From positions 1 to 64,000 of the IMG/VR virus record IMGVR_UViG_3300021963_007890: a stretch of DNA of 64,000 nt; one strand, written 5' to 3'. The position numbers and the translations under genes were made by a program. The DNA is from a virus. Positions 42,001-52,700 of this stretch are shown here, piece by piece. The first letter of the stretch is position 1; the number at the start of each line of letters is the position of its first letter. The notes under the pieces are model-generated. The model was not told the origin of the DNA, did not search any database, and was given only the letters and a program-made list of their open reading frames with translations.

Positions 42001-45000
42001 TGATAGATCTTATAGTAATCCAATTGTTATATCAACATCTAATAGCAGTTTACTTTTCTTAGATCCTGTTAACATATCTGGTAGATCAGGTACTACTAGT
42101 AATTTTGTCACAGTCTACATTAGAGAAGAAGAAATAGTTCGCACGTTTGCCAGCACCAGTGCAAATATTACCTTATATTTTGATAGGCCTATTCAGGTAA
42201 CCGGCGATTATACAGTTGCTAGGTTAACTAATTTTGTTGATTATAATTATACCGCCACCATTGTCAGTGTTACTAACCAAAGCGTTACTATTGTCAATCC
42301 TAATGCGCCTATTATTCCTAACAGCGGTATAACAGTATATCTTGGTAAAATATGGCCAGGAGAACAATTCCGTAGGATCACCTATGATAGTGCTCTACAA
42401 ATACCAGGCATTAATAGATTCAGAATGCCTAATACCTTGCCATCTGTTGGTATGAGCACTATAGAAATTCCATCAGGCATTGGCAAATTAACTACTGCTA
42501 CTCCTTTAAGATATATTTCTAACATTAATAGATTTACAATAAATCAAATTCGTGTTGTAACTAGCTTAAGATCTGAAAAAAATGCCGAACCACAAAGAAC
42601 TAGAACAGTAACAACAGCATCAAGCATATCATACGATCCTTATGCTTACAGAATTTATGGAACAAACCTTAGTACCAGCACAGCAGTTAAATGGTATTAC
42701 AATGAAGAAAATATTTTAACTACATTCTTTACCACATCAACTACATTAATTTTAAATTTAGGTATTTTGCCATTGAGCTTACAGGCGCAATCAAGAAATA
42801 CACACATAAAATTAACAAATGGTATAGGATATGATGAACAATTTACAATTACAAATTATACGGCAGAAACAGTGTCAATTAATATGCCTATTAATTTGCC
42901 AAGTATATCTTCTTTAACCTTATATTTCGGTTCATTAAGATCGTTTGAAACGGTGGTATGGTCTGATAATAGCCAAATAGCAAAGTTTAATTATAAATGG
43001 ACAAATTGGTTCTCACAAAACCAACAAGATAGAGGAGTCCTAAGTAGACAAGTTGTTTCTTTAAAATCGGTTATTGATCAAACCAAACTTAGTCTCATAC
43101 AAAAGCCTGTAAATTATTTAAAGAGCAGTATAGAAGTTCCTAATACAGCTAAAGTCACTGCTCCCATAATCATTAAGGAAGTAGGTAGGTATACCCCACG
43201 CACAATTAGCATAACAACTGCACAAAATATCTTGTATGTTGGACCCTTTGATGCTACGGGTAGAATAGGTAGTACTAGTAGTTTTGTAACAAACTATATA
43301 TTCGATACCGAATTATTAACAACTTCCATTTATACTGGATCTATTGTTACTCTGTTCTTCAGTAATTATTATGCTCAACCAAGTGAAGGTTTTAATACAG
43401 TTAGAGTACAAGGTATAAACGGTCTACAGGAAGCTGTTGATTTTGACTTGACATTGCCTATCACAACTTTAACTAATTATTCTGTAAGTTTTAATATAAA
43501 AGGTCTACCTTTCTCTAGCAGATATAAAATATTCCTTGGTAGGCCTATAGTAACAACTTCTGTATCAGTCAGCGACAGTAACCGAGTAGAATCAATTAAT
43601 AGAGTTAAAAATTATCAAGGATTTAGTGCGGTAGAAACACCAAGAATAAGTCAACTCAACAAGAGCTCAATAGTAGTTAAAGATTTTACTAATAATATAC
43701 GTTTAGGACAGGCTAAGTCCTTGACTAAAATAGCAGGTGATAGGTCTTATAGTGTATCTACATCAACTATTGTATTTTCGACACAGACTATATATCAAGA
43801 TCCGGTACCAATTACAGGAATTAATAGGTCACAGACTAACTTTGTCCAAACCTACATTAATGATCAAGATTTAGTTAATATCAGTTATAATACCAGTTCT
43901 ATTATTACACTATTCTTGGCACAAGGTATTCAATATACTGGTCAGGCAACAACAGTTAAGATAGTAAGGTATAGTTCCGGATCTTATGTAAACAATAGAT
44001 TTACAATAACCAATACTGAGTTCGAATCTGATTATCCTATTATTAGCTATTCTACAAACACAATAACCATTAATGCAGGTTTGAATAGCTTCATTGATTA
44101 TCTTAGACCTCTTGCAGCCTATGTAGGTCAACCCTTTACGACTTCCAGTGCTATAAGATATACTAACACTAGCACATTGGCTGTGGCAGTGGCTGGATAT
44201 AAGCCAACTATAGGAATCACCGGATTCGCTATAAGCACTATAACAGCAAAAGTATCTAGTGGTCTAGTTATTAAAGGATTGCCTAGCTCTCTTAAAGTTG
44301 AAAACTTTAAACCTAAATCTACTGCGGTTGTAAAGTCATTTGCTGATAATATTAAAACAGGGCGTGCTGTAACTATTCCTACAGTAAGAGATGGATATTA
44401 TCCTAATTTAACATCTAGAACAAGAACAGTAACTACGAACACAACCATAGTCTACGATGCTCAGATTTTTAGAATTTATGGTACCAATTTATCTACTAGC
44501 ACCTTTGTAAACAATTATATATTTGAAAATGATATCGTTACAACCTACACACAGAGTACATCTACTATTACATTATTTGTCGGTAGTCTTCCTATAATAG
44601 CACCGGCTCAAGGACTATATGTAAGAATAACAGATTTAGGCAGTTTCAATACTGTTACACAGGTATTAAGCAGAGGATCGGGGCATGTAGTAATCAATAC
44701 TCCAGACAATTTGCCTAGCATCAGTAATTTATATCTATACCTAGGCGCGATGACCAATGTAGAGACTATTGCCTATTCAGATACAAATTATACAGAATTA
44801 AATTTATTCAACGATATTACCGCAGGTATTGCCTATAGAAAAGATCAAATAACTTATCCTACATTTGTCCCTAGAGCCTATTCGTTTACAGGCACTACTA
44901 CAGCATTGACCCTGGGATTCAGTTATCTACAAGGGCAACAATCATTTACAACACCTGGTACTTATTATTGGACAGCACCTCCTGGTGTTACACAAGTCAG

Positions 45001-48000
45001 CGTAGTGGCTGTAGGTGCTGGTGGCCGAGGCGGATTTGGTGGTCAAGCTGGTACTTATAAAGCATCGGGAGGTGGAGGTGGCGGCTTAGGATGGAAGAAC
45101 AATATAACGGTAGTTCCTGGTCAGACCTATCTTGTAGTAGTAGGCGCAGGCGGAAGTATCAGCGCATTATCTGCTGCTGATACAACCAGTCTCGGAGCCA
45201 GTGGAGGTAATAGCTTCTTTATTAGTTCCAGTACTGTTGCTGGTCTCGGTGGTGTTGGAGGTGGATCACCTACTATTACACCTGTAGGTGGGGGTTTTAT
45301 AGGTGATGGTGGTGGAACTGGTGGAACTGGTGGTAGTGGTGGTCAAAATGCTGAAGCAGGTGGAGGTGGTGGTGCTGCCGGTTATACAGGCAACGGGGGA
45401 GATGCTGGAGGATTTGCCTATAGTTCTCCCGGTTCTACGACAGCCACAGCAGGAAGTGGTGGAGGTGGCGGCGGTGGCGATAAAGGAAGCGGTCGTGCTA
45501 ATGGTAGCCCAGGATACGCAGGTGGTGGTGTAGGATTGTTAGGCCTAGGTTCGAACGGCGCAGCAGGATCTAGCGGTGTTGGTGGAGGTGGTAGCGGCGG
45601 CGCTAACGGTGTCTTAGCAACTGATATCGGAGGTACTTATGGTGGGGGTGGCCCAGCAAACAACGGTGCAGGCGGCGGAGGAGCTGTAAGAATTATTTGG
45701 GGAACCAATAGAGGATTTCCATCAACAAGCACAGCCGATGTAAACGCTATAGAATTAGCAACTCCAAAGGCAGGAGATTATATAAAAGTTACCGATGCCG
45801 CAGGAGTTAGTGTTCTAAGTAGAATAAGTTCAGTGGGATTAACTGGTATTAATATCCCTACAGCAGATACAGCTAATTTATCTGGATTACCAACTACTTG
45901 GTCTATGGTATTATGGGATCCAAGTGTTATTCCTCAGTTGCAGGTAAGAACTACTACAGCACCTATAACACCTAGAGAAAGGTTATACTATTCTTTAATA
46001 AGTTCAGGCAAATATGGGAGAAGTTTATCTCTACGTCCTATAGATAGCGTGGTAAGTCCTATTAATCTTATTCCTGCTAAAACAAGAACTGTCACAACCA
46101 GTAGTGGATTAGTTTGGAAATACCAATCATTTAATATCTATGGCACTGATTTAATAAGACAAACAGATTTATCTTGGTATACCACTGAAGGCAATTTATA
46201 CAATTATCAATTTAATACAGGAAGTAATCTTGTTCTATACTTTGGTTCACTGCCTGCGCCTTATAGTGCTATATACTTGACAAATACACATATAAGATTG
46301 AATAACAATCAAGGATATGACCAGGTATTTCCTATATTAACTTCTACGATTGAAACCGTAACCATAAGCAATCCTATAACATTACCGTCAATCAGTTCTT
46401 TGAGAGCTTTCTTCGGTTCGACCGGTACTGTTGAAACATTAGTATGGAATGATCAAGGCATTGTACCAACATTTACTACAATACTGACTAGCTCAATTTA
46501 TCAATCTAAAATCATACTGGCAGAAGGTGGCATAATCAGTTTGCCATCGACATTTAAAACTTCACACAAAGTAATTGACAGTAGCATAATTGTTAATAGA
46601 ACTCAATCTCCTCTAGCTATATTCACTGATACAAGAGCTGGCATCAGCTACAACAGATATTCTGCGGGATATTATAGTGCTCCTGTTGCTCTAAGTTCGT
46701 CAACTTCAGTTACAGGAACTACAACAATATTAAACTTCTTAACGCAGGCTGTAGGGCAGCAAGTTTATACCACACCAGGAACTTATAGTTGGACTGCTCC
46801 TGCTAATGTGTTTTATGTTTCTGCGGTGGCAGTCGGTGCTGGTGGCGCAGGAGGTGTAGGTCGTGCATTTGGAGATAGACAAAGAGGTGGCGGTGGTGGC
46901 GGTGGATTAGGATGGAAGAATATGATTCCAGTTGTTCCTGGACAAAGTTATACCGTGCAGGTTGGTGCTGCTGGAACAGGAACAAGTTCAGCCACTGGAG
47001 CAGGTCCGTTTGGCAATGGAAATCCTGGAGAGGCAAGTTACTTTATAAGCTCTGCTACAGTTGCTGGCTTCGGGGGTACGGGGGCAACCAATGTTAATTT
47101 CGCAGGAGTAGCTGGTGTAGGGGGTGGTTATATAGGAGATGGTGGTGGATTCGGTGGTAACGGTGGAGTTGATGTCACAACTATTTCTGAAGGTAGAGGG
47201 GGTGGAGGTGGTGGTGCTGGAGGTTATGTAGGTAATGGTGGTAGAGGTGGAGATGGTACAAACAGTGCTACACCAGCCACTCAACCGACTAACGGATCAG
47301 GGGGCGGTGGAGCAGGTGGATCTTCTGTTTATGGAACCTTTAATGATAACGGTAACGCACAGGCATCATCAGGTGCAGGCGGCGGTGTGGGTTTACTGGG
47401 GTTAGGCGCAAACGGTATAGCGACACCAAACCAAATTTGGGTTGGAAATCCTGGTAGTTCAGTAGTATTAGGTGGAGGTGGTGGATCTGGAGGAGCACAA
47501 GGTGGTAGTGGACAGACAGCATTTGCCACAGGACTACCTATGCCGGGTGCCGTAGGAGGCGCATATGGTGCTGGAGGTGGTGGAACTGGTGCAGGTGGTA
47601 CACTTTCACCTATCTATACAGGTGGTACAGGTGGAGGTGGTGCTGTTCGATTAATTTGGGGAACTGGTAGAGGATTCCCAAGCTCATATACGGCAGATCA
47701 AACCAGTATAGATTTGACTACATCAATTCAAATCGGTGATTATATAAGAGTGTTAGACAGTGTAGGCAATAGTAGAGTTATAGAAATTAAGGCAATAAGC
47801 ACTACTACAATGAGCGTTGATACTGTAGGTTTAAATGGATTGGTAGGATTACCTGATTCTTGGACTGTTACACCGTGGGATCCAAGCGTTTATCCTCAAT
47901 CCAGTGTTATAATAACAACTAGACCTACCACTCCTAGAGAAAATCTAGCATTACCATTGTTAGCCCCTGGTTTACGATATAATAGAACAATTACCCAGGG

Positions 48001-49453
48001 AATTCAATTCTCTACATCACCGAATGATCCCCCAGTAGGACCTTTAAAATCTAGCATTATTCTAAAATCTCCTACCAACTTGGTAGCAAATACACTGACC
48101 AACTATGTTTTTAAGATTGACAGTGAAAATACAGCTTCAACTATAACCACAGGTTTAGATAATCCCAAAGCCATACTTTACTACACCAATATTGCACCTG
48201 GCATTAGGGGTGGAACCTATTACAACAGCTCTCAGCGAGAAATTTTTGTCACTAGAAGAGATGTAGGTGTTCCTCATTCTTTACCACTGACACCACCTCA
48301 AATCAACACTGATTTGAGAATGAAACTGGTAACTACTACGATTTCGCCTAGTGGCGCTGTTAATAAACAGGTCATCGGAATAAAGCATGTACCTACTCAG
48401 TTTGATAGAGTTGGTAATTTGAAAATGGTTCAGTCTATTAGTGGCGATACTCTACGTTCTACTATAAGTTTTGTCAATCGTCCTAAATTAGCGCCTACAG
48501 GATGGAACAATGTAGAAGTGGTAAGTCGAGGTGTGATTGATAGAAAGTTAACTGTATTAAAGAGCGGAGGAGCTGAAAACTTTGTTTCAGGTAATGTCAA
48601 AGCAGGCATAGAAGTTGTCCCAGATCCTAATAGATACTTTGGCAATCAAAGGATTAGAATAGTACAGTATCTAGCTACACCTTCAACTATAATCCGTCCT
48701 GACATAATTAACATTGCTAAGACTCCTGTTTCAAAGAGCCAGGTATTTGAAGCGCCAATAGCAGCGTCTTTATCTAGACAAATAAGTCAATTAAAAACCG
48801 TTGAGTCAAGCATAAGAATTGTTAGTGATTTAAATTTTGTATCAAAATATATAGCACCTAGTCATTATGCTCCTGTAACACCTATTAATCGAGCAAAACT
48901 ACTAGATCTTGTACAGGTTAGATTTAATGAACAGCGTGGAAAATTAGACGAAATTATAATTTTAAGAACTTTTGATTTAGGTACCCGTGTTGCTCAAATA
49001 CAAAAACCTGTTACCAAATTAATATTCGAGGACAATGATTATTTTAATACTACAGCTAGACTTGCTCCTATACAAAAAGATAAATTTAAATTATTTGATC
49101 TTGATAGAAATCAAGGTCTAATACAAAATCCAGCTGAGTTCATTGATTTAGAAACTATACAATTTGAATATAAAACAGGCAAGATTTTTCAACCGTTTTT
49201 ATCAATTAGAACACCTGTTGATTTAGACGATAAACCTTTTGGTTCGGTGAGTAGAATAGACAAACTAGCTTTACCGGTTAATAATTTTGCTGCAATCGCG
49301 CAGGTTAAGATTGGACAGGAGATAGGTGAAGCTAGTAATGTTAGATTATCAGTTGATGTAAGAGGGCTTATAACCAAGTTTATTGCTAGTAAATCAGGCA
49401 TTTTACATGATCCATCTACTCGCAGAGCACCACCTATTCAATTTTGGAATTGA
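36038..49453 (+). CDS. Giant 4471-aa virion/adhesin-like protein with ~200-aa repeats, one LamG domain and two glycine-rich domains
   Basis: Uninterrupted ORF; recurring I.G...T...YY..E.N......S..ITL.F unit; LamG-like AEAWI...GQWYHVA...IYING (~39810-40400); two TTPGTY.WTAP...VAVGAGG.GG domains (~44930-45740, ~46750-47700). Confidence 0.8.
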   Translation: MPATVFPATGYSVRISATDDITSNAAAWYLNDLNQLTTTVNTATNKTFYFENDVATIGTFTEVRIYTSSTVQVNYDLTTYNIISNDESTSNFIPYYTNELNLLTSIRNSPQIRTFFINNYNNINLGNFVRVRITGPLYSEEIDVIRKTNTSFTIALPSNWPANSTGFTVSLGRYDFVPTNPYSQVISVTSSTSRSFNLTKPVGFPEVGAAIYAIIPSGAYSISDPVGVNARLDSASLNKNIGKINQPVGINPTLSIFKGIKVELKNDQTKNTFASTKVPLIVKDPTIIPSRQITVSTSSIIQYIDYPIRITGSDLARNFDLSWYIKDENTLSLILSTSNSVTYSFVNPNDPFRLGTYTKAKLIGQSYEKVIDVVTNTNNSITVLKLPEFPLLSQLSVYLGNPIVVTNTTLTDSNQVPVIRQFKSPAVESKSNLPSALINKSGIKIAGENTRFRSEQIRQQSLLREPITVPARTVTYTNFTNTVYSDLIRVTGRSGITSNASTYYVFESNQLIVTRTTSNFVTLFFVNPNNNQSIGPVSTVRLLGPRFEATVSVQSYTNDSVTIADIFKFYDIQSQNPFGDLFIRLGVNFVDRTVGYTNTNQIGQINLFKTNAITGVSHSLSVPKLTSSIVLRDTRIRFTHTDFRTVSKVIGESRIFRIEQTQKTQIQIKEPIVLPSRTITSSTFTTTIFSDLIRITGNTGISNNFNNYYIYENNQITFTRSTSSSVTLFFNNNNQNFGNILIARLISPAFDITINVQSYTNNSITVANIFGFGDSQSQNTINDLYVRLGINFLDKTSTLSDAGRVALINPLKIPVALSSRVDQVGKTKLKDSNFSTIEIPRVSTYKNVTSLRDTISYTPQPISIPASTATIYSPLIDITGKVESTSSFISYYINEENSFRTFTTTTSTITLLYSGFNVWTPNPTVIKLFAYQTIDNIESLRYETTLPILAITSQSVTINWVRDNYKLRAQLGRTISFSSGTYANYYTSGLAVANITTPNYRATSQQVFSIGTSGKLQTQSPKLSTSITPLAVSRFKQEIVIKGEGRTFAQRSTIVTTSTNLILDPFPIYIYGNSLTTSTAVKWYYNEENILGTFNSTSTLITLYFGVLPIYQQSTAPFIKLFAPNGGFENIYPVVTSTIDSVTIQSIGIFPSISGMYFNWARTRQTETYRYSDVGHTPQLNSQTFRQFQDPNTNKIYSSFTSTEQGWVVYDRRVTDIAYVGTSTELILNAPIIIPEQGTFAKIQYVNSNYYESVVNRRAIRFNGSDTSIQFSASTVIGIPQTTRTPIMAEAWINLDAAEGCIIMSEEYSGGADPINLTLAVGGSAPTSPGTQVWFGFYDGVSWTYALTNKSLLAGQWYHVAGQFDGTQIKIYINGYQDGTVVTPAGGWHQPGAITSFFIGRRWDTFPGDGQRPFFKGLIYQARIVMGQLVYTKDFVPPLNTRVGENSGGTRFLACSVPISQPQLYVEFPRTGNYTVNGAIRADAATIPPRYVYDAYPEEIYEINSATSTRIYLKGNIAYRPIVNTEYLRDNLFDRPINRFDIYFLGISKNYPVIKSSSTNVTTSITIGSLRQSIPKLAYGIEIPQVGKAASIPKLRETLGFFSKSISSITSSTQLVFNPTPLPVYGITRSTSTFVSYYINETNTIQVLPVGSAFTTLYLGNNPEYFRVLGTVIRIVNPNVGYDRQFNIVSSTLETVTIAFANDLPSVSGMLLYYGSVQTSYPSVNYTDSNMVGKISKNTVGASFIEIRPDQAGAVKQSILVKSDNIRFTQSQLEKKFTQLRGGIEVPKTQRLSTVTKVGDPGIYQNPTYTVSTSSELLFYNTVNITGRLASTSSFITYYTYENNTIRTFTTSSVQKVFYLSEYVRTDLGLSHIRLQNYRFDSGVDNLIFDRIFPITSLSSSSVTFNFVGDLPEGSYRGSLGRYITSYNQIFSGTNSVSLLGIYRTPVVGSYQTPGISQIEKRLIVLRDFVPSISTGMMGQSTKIKLAGDRSYSNPIVISTSNSSLLFLDPVNISGRSGTTSNFVTVYIREEEIVRTFASTSANITLYFDRPIQVTGDYTVARLTNFVDYNYTATIVSVTNQSVTIVNPNAPIIPNSGITVYLGKIWPGEQFRRITYDSALQIPGINRFRMPNTLPSVGMSTIEIPSGIGKLTTATPLRYISNINRFTINQIRVVTSLRSEKNAEPQRTRTVTTASSISYDPYAYRIYGTNLSTSTAVKWYYNEENILTTFFTTSTTLILNLGILPLSLQAQSRNTHIKLTNGIGYDEQFTITNYTAETVSINMPINLPSISSLTLYFGSLRSFETVVWSDNSQIAKFNYKWTNWFSQNQQDRGVLSRQVVSLKSVIDQTKLSLIQKPVNYLKSSIEVPNTAKVTAPIIIKEVGRYTPRTISITTAQNILYVGPFDATGRIGSTSSFVTNYIFDTELLTTSIYTGSIVTLFFSNYYAQPSEGFNTVRVQGINGLQEAVDFDLTLPITTLTNYSVSFNIKGLPFSSRYKIFLGRPIVTTSVSVSDSNRVESINRVKNYQGFSAVETPRISQLNKSSIVVKDFTNNIRLGQAKSLTKIAGDRSYSVSTSTIVFSTQTIYQDPVPITGINRSQTNFVQTYINDQDLVNISYNTSSIITLFLAQGIQYTGQATTVKIVRYSSGSYVNNRFTITNTEFESDYPIISYSTNTITINAGLNSFIDYLRPLAAYVGQPFTTSSAIRYTNTSTLAVAVAGYKPTIGITGFAISTITAKVSSGLVIKGLPSSLKVENFKPKSTAVVKSFADNIKTGRAVTIPTVRDGYYPNLTSRTRTVTTNTTIVYDAQIFRIYGTNLSTSTFVNNYIFENDIVTTYTQSTSTITLFVGSLPIIAPAQGLYVRITDLGSFNTVTQVLSRGSGHVVINTPDNLPSISNLYLYLGAMTNVETIAYSDTNYTELNLFNDITAGIAYRKDQITYPTFVPRAYSFTGTTTALTLGFSYLQGQQSFTTPGTYYWTAPPGVTQVSVVAVGAGGRGGFGGQAGTYKASGGGGGGLGWKNNITVVPGQTYLVVVGAGGSISALSAADTTSLGASGGNSFFISSSTVAGLGGVGGGSPTITPVGGGFIGDGGGTGGTGGSGGQNAEAGGGGGAAGYTGNGGDAGGFAYSSPGSTTATAGSGGGGGGGDKGSGRANGSPGYAGGGVGLLGLGSNGAAGSSGVGGGGSGGANGVLATDIGGTYGGGGPANNGAGGGGAVRIIWGTNRGFPSTSTADVNAIELATPKAGDYIKVTDAAGVSVLSRISSVGLTGINIPTADTANLSGLPTTWSMVLWDPSVIPQLQVRTTTAPITPRERLYYSLISSGKYGRSLSLRPIDSVVSPINLIPAKTRTVTTSSGLVWKYQSFNIYGTDLIRQTDLSWYTTEGNLYNYQFNTGSNLVLYFGSLPAPYSAIYLTNTHIRLNNNQGYDQVFPILTSTIETVTISNPITLPSISSLRAFFGSTGTVETLVWNDQGIVPTFTTILTSSIYQSKIILAEGGIISLPSTFKTSHKVIDSSIIVNRTQSPLAIFTDTRAGISYNRYSAGYYSAPVALSSSTSVTGTTTILNFLTQAVGQQVYTTPGTYSWTAPANVFYVSAVAVGAGGAGGVGRAFGDRQRGGGGGGGLGWKNMIPVVPGQSYTVQVGAAGTGTSSATGAGPFGNGNPGEASYFISSATVAGFGGTGATNVNFAGVAGVGGGYIGDGGGFGGNGGVDVTTISEGRGGGGGGAGGYVGNGGRGGDGTNSATPATQPTNGSGGGGAGGSSVYGTFNDNGNAQASSGAGGGVGLLGLGANGIATPNQIWVGNPGSSVVLGGGGGSGGAQGGSGQTAFATGLPMPGAVGGAYGAGGGGTGAGGTLSPIYTGGTGGGGAVRLIWGTGRGFPSSYTADQTSIDLTTSIQIGDYIRVLDSVGNSRVIEIKAISTTTMSVDTVGLNGLVGLPDSWTVTPWDPSVYPQSSVIITTRPTTPRENLALPLLAPGLRYNRTITQGIQFSTSPNDPPVGPLKSSIILKSPTNLVANTLTNYVFKIDSENTASTITTGLDNPKAILYYTNIAPGIRGGTYYNSSQREIFVTRRDVGVPHSLPLTPPQINTDLRMKLVTTTISPSGAVNKQVIGIKHVPTQFDRVGNLKMVQSISGDTLRSTISFVNRPKLAPTGWNNVEVVSRGVIDRKLTVLKSGGAENFVSGNVKAGIEVVPDPNRYFGNQRIRIVQYLATPSTIIRPDIINIAKTPVSKSQVFEAPIAASLSRQISQLKTVESSIRIVSDLNFVSKYIAPSHYAPVTPINRAKLLDLVQVRFNEQRGKLDEIIILRTFDLGTRVAQIQKPVTKLIFEDNDYFNTTARLAPIQKDKFKLFDLDRNQGLIQNPAEFIDLETIQFEYKTGKIFQPFLSIRTPVDLDDKPFGSVSRIDKLALPVNNFAAIAQVKIGQEIGEASNVRLSVDVRGLITKFIASKSGILHDPSTRRAPPIQFWN

Positions 49454-49510
49454 TTACTCTCTTTAGAATTTTTGCTAAATAAAAGCATCTATATTTGAGA
49501 GGATTACAAA

Positions 49511-49765
49511 ATGTTTGAAACTCTAAATGCTGCATTTCCTAATCATACACATTTTTATGTGGTAAACGGATTGAGCATGGCAGATGCATTGGATAGGTGC
49601 GCTAGAATGACAGGTGATGATGGTCAGGTTTTTAATTATCAAAATCAAATTATTTTTGCTGTAAAACACGCTTTAGATACTGCTTTGATCCCTTGGCTAG
49701 ATCCGGTTCAAGGTTCGCCCGTTGATGTAACACCCAATGATCCAGCTCAAGATCAACCAGAATAA
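49511..49765 (+). CDS. Hypothetical protein
   Basis: 84 aa; TAAATA and GAGG upstream. Confidence 0.65.
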   Translation: MFETLNAAFPNHTHFYVVNGLSMADALDRCARMTGDDGQVFNYQNQIIFAVKHALDTALIPWLDPVQGSPVDVTPNDPAQDQPE

Positions 49766-49784
49766 AGAATCTTAGGAGTCTCTA

Positions 49785-52700
49785 ATGGCTAAACGAATTA
49801 TTCAAGAAAATTATACCTTTACACCCGGTTCAAGAACCTTTGTCATAAGCAATAGGTTTTTGCGTAGGGAACAATTGTTATTAATTACCAATGTCACAAC
49901 TGGTGTTGTAATTTATAACTTTTCAGATACAGTTCTTACTCTGTCTAGTTTCAGTTCTACCGTTGTTAACAATGTAGAAACTACAACCATTCAGGTAACT
50001 GCACCTGCTGCTTCTTCAATGAACGCTAATGATAAGTTTGCGATCTTAATTGAAGAAACCAATGAAACTTTGCAGCCAGCAGAGGTTTATATTGACCCTG
50101 TCCAGAAAATGCGTGTATCTACACCACAGAGTTTGATTGATACAGACTTTGAATATGGAATTCAGCCAACAAAGTGGGAAACTCTAAATTTGATGAATAA
50201 TAGGCCTAGTGGGTTTTATGATCCAACAAGTCCGTTACCTTTAACTGCCATCGCAGGTGCAGGAACTAGGTTAGTCACTGTTACAATGACCAACACCAAT
50301 GGTGTGCTCACAGGGAACCCAATTTATATTCAGGATACCACTGATCCAGCTGCTAACGGTTATTTTATTATTAACAGCACTAGCACAACACAGTTTACCT
50401 ATTATGCAAGTAGTACAGTAACTAATGCTAGTATTTTCGATGCTACAAAAACCTATATATTCCATGCTATCCCTTATACTGGTGCAAGTATTGCTCTTGC
50501 GGTAGGCGCTAATAACGCTTTTGTTAGAACAGCGCTTAACGAAGTAACCTGTTTTACCAAAGATAATCATGGATTATCAGTCGGTGATGCTATCTTTGTT
50601 ACTGGAACAACAGCGGCAACTTCTAATCCACCAAATGGTTCTTGGTTTGTTCGTAGAACCCCTGATAGCAATCGTTTTGTATTTGATACTGTTTTAGATC
50701 CAAGTGGCGCCATATCAGCCCAGGGCGGAGGTACAGGTTTAACATTGAATACCACAGTTGATGCAGCAGGTAGAATTGTAGGCTTAGTAGTTAACGCGGC
50801 AGGTTCAAATTATGCTGTTGGTGACATCGTCAGTATCTCAGGCGGAGATGGTAATGGTAGAGCCAAGGTTACTGCTATTATTCCTGTAGATTCTACAACT
50901 AACGGTAGAAGTCTAATAGGTGCTGTAAATGGCATACAGGTAAACAGAGCAGGACTTACATATACATCTGCTTCAGGAGTTGCTACAACTATTCAATTCA
51001 GCGGTGGTAGCCTTTATGTTCGCCCATGGGGCAGTGCTATACATAGACCATTCGATGGTGGTGTTTACTTTACAGCTGGTGTACCTTATCATGGTAATCA
51101 ATTGATTAGACAGACTCGTAGATATTTCCGCTATCAATCTGGTAAGGGCATACAGTTTTCGACTGGTTCTAATATGTGCTCACCATTTATTGTTGACAGT
51201 TTAACAGCAGTTGGATCAACAATTACAGTGACTACAAAATTCCCTCATAATTTATTCACTGGCGCTAATATACGTGTAAGTAACGCAGACCAAAGCACCT
51301 ATAATGGTGTGTTTAATGTTACATCTGTTCCTAGTCCTCTAACATTTACCTATACAGCAAGTGGAACCCCTGCTGTGAGTCCTGCCACAGGTTTAGGTAT
51401 CACGGTTCAACCAAACACATGGTTTGGAGCAACAATACGCTTAGGTATGTTTGACAGTCAGAATGGTTTTTACTTTGAATATGATGGTCAGGGCTTATTT
51501 GCTTGCAGAAGATCAAGCACTAGTCAATTGGCTGGATATATCAGCTCTTTAGGAACAGGAGAACAGGCTGTAACTGGAATTAATACTAGATGGTCTACTC
51601 AATTAAGTCCTGGAGATTTTGTTGTAATTAGAGGGATGAGTTATACTGTGGTAAGTATAGAAAGTGATCTTGCTATGACTATCTATCCAGATTATCGTGG
51701 AACGGCCATTGTACCACCTACCCAGTTAATCATATCCAGAACTGATACACTACGTATTCCTCAGAGCTCTTGGAATATTGATAAGATGGATGGAACAGGC
51801 GATAGCGGGTTCACCCTTGATATCAATAAGATGCAGATGTGGTATATTGACTATACCTGGTATGGAGCTGGTTCGATTCGTTGGGGTTTTAGAACACAGC
51901 GTGGAACAGTAGTTTATGCTCATAGATTAGCTCACGGAAATGCTCAAACTGAAGCTTATATGCGTTCAGGTAATTTACCAGCTCGTTATGAAGTTAGTAC
52001 TATTGCTCCGTTTACAAAACTCACAGCTACTCTAACTAATCTAACTACAGCTTCAATGGATGTAGCCAGCACTGTTGGATTTCCTACTACAGGAACAGTG
52101 GTAATTTCAGCACCAGGAAATACTGGTGCTGTGATTGAATACATTAGTTATAGTGGTAAAACAGCAACGCAACTTCAAAACCTAGTAAGAGCTGTAACGA
52201 CCTTAACTGGACCTGCTGGATTAACGTTAGGTGGTGGAACAAGCACTACGGCTACATTTGTTGTAACTGCTACATCTTTCCCATCGGTGAGCTACTTTAG
52301 TCCACAATGTAGTAATACAATTAGCCATTGGGGATCATCTGTAATGATGGACGGTAGGTTTGATGATGATAAATCTCTTGTGTTTATTGCTGGAATGAGC
52401 ACAGCCTACTCAAATATTGGTAACGGTGTCACTGTACCTCTATTAAGTATTCGTGTATCGCCAAGTGTAGATAGTGGTTTAACAGGGGTCATTGGCGCCA
52501 GAGAACTTATCAATAGAATGCAATTAATTCTTCGTTCAACAGGAATTCAGACATCAGGAACAAACTTCTTTATCACAGGGCGCCTAAATGCTAGGGTGGC
52601 AGGCGGCACAGCAACTTTCTTCGGTGCTGCTGGTGGATCGAGCCTAGCTCAGGTAAATTATCACGCAAGTAATAATAGTATATTTGGTGGTGAAGTTTGT

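Noticed and set aside
44930-47700. GC-richer stretches in the giant gene as foreign insertions
   Set aside because: Explained by glycine codons in two in-frame Gly-rich domains.
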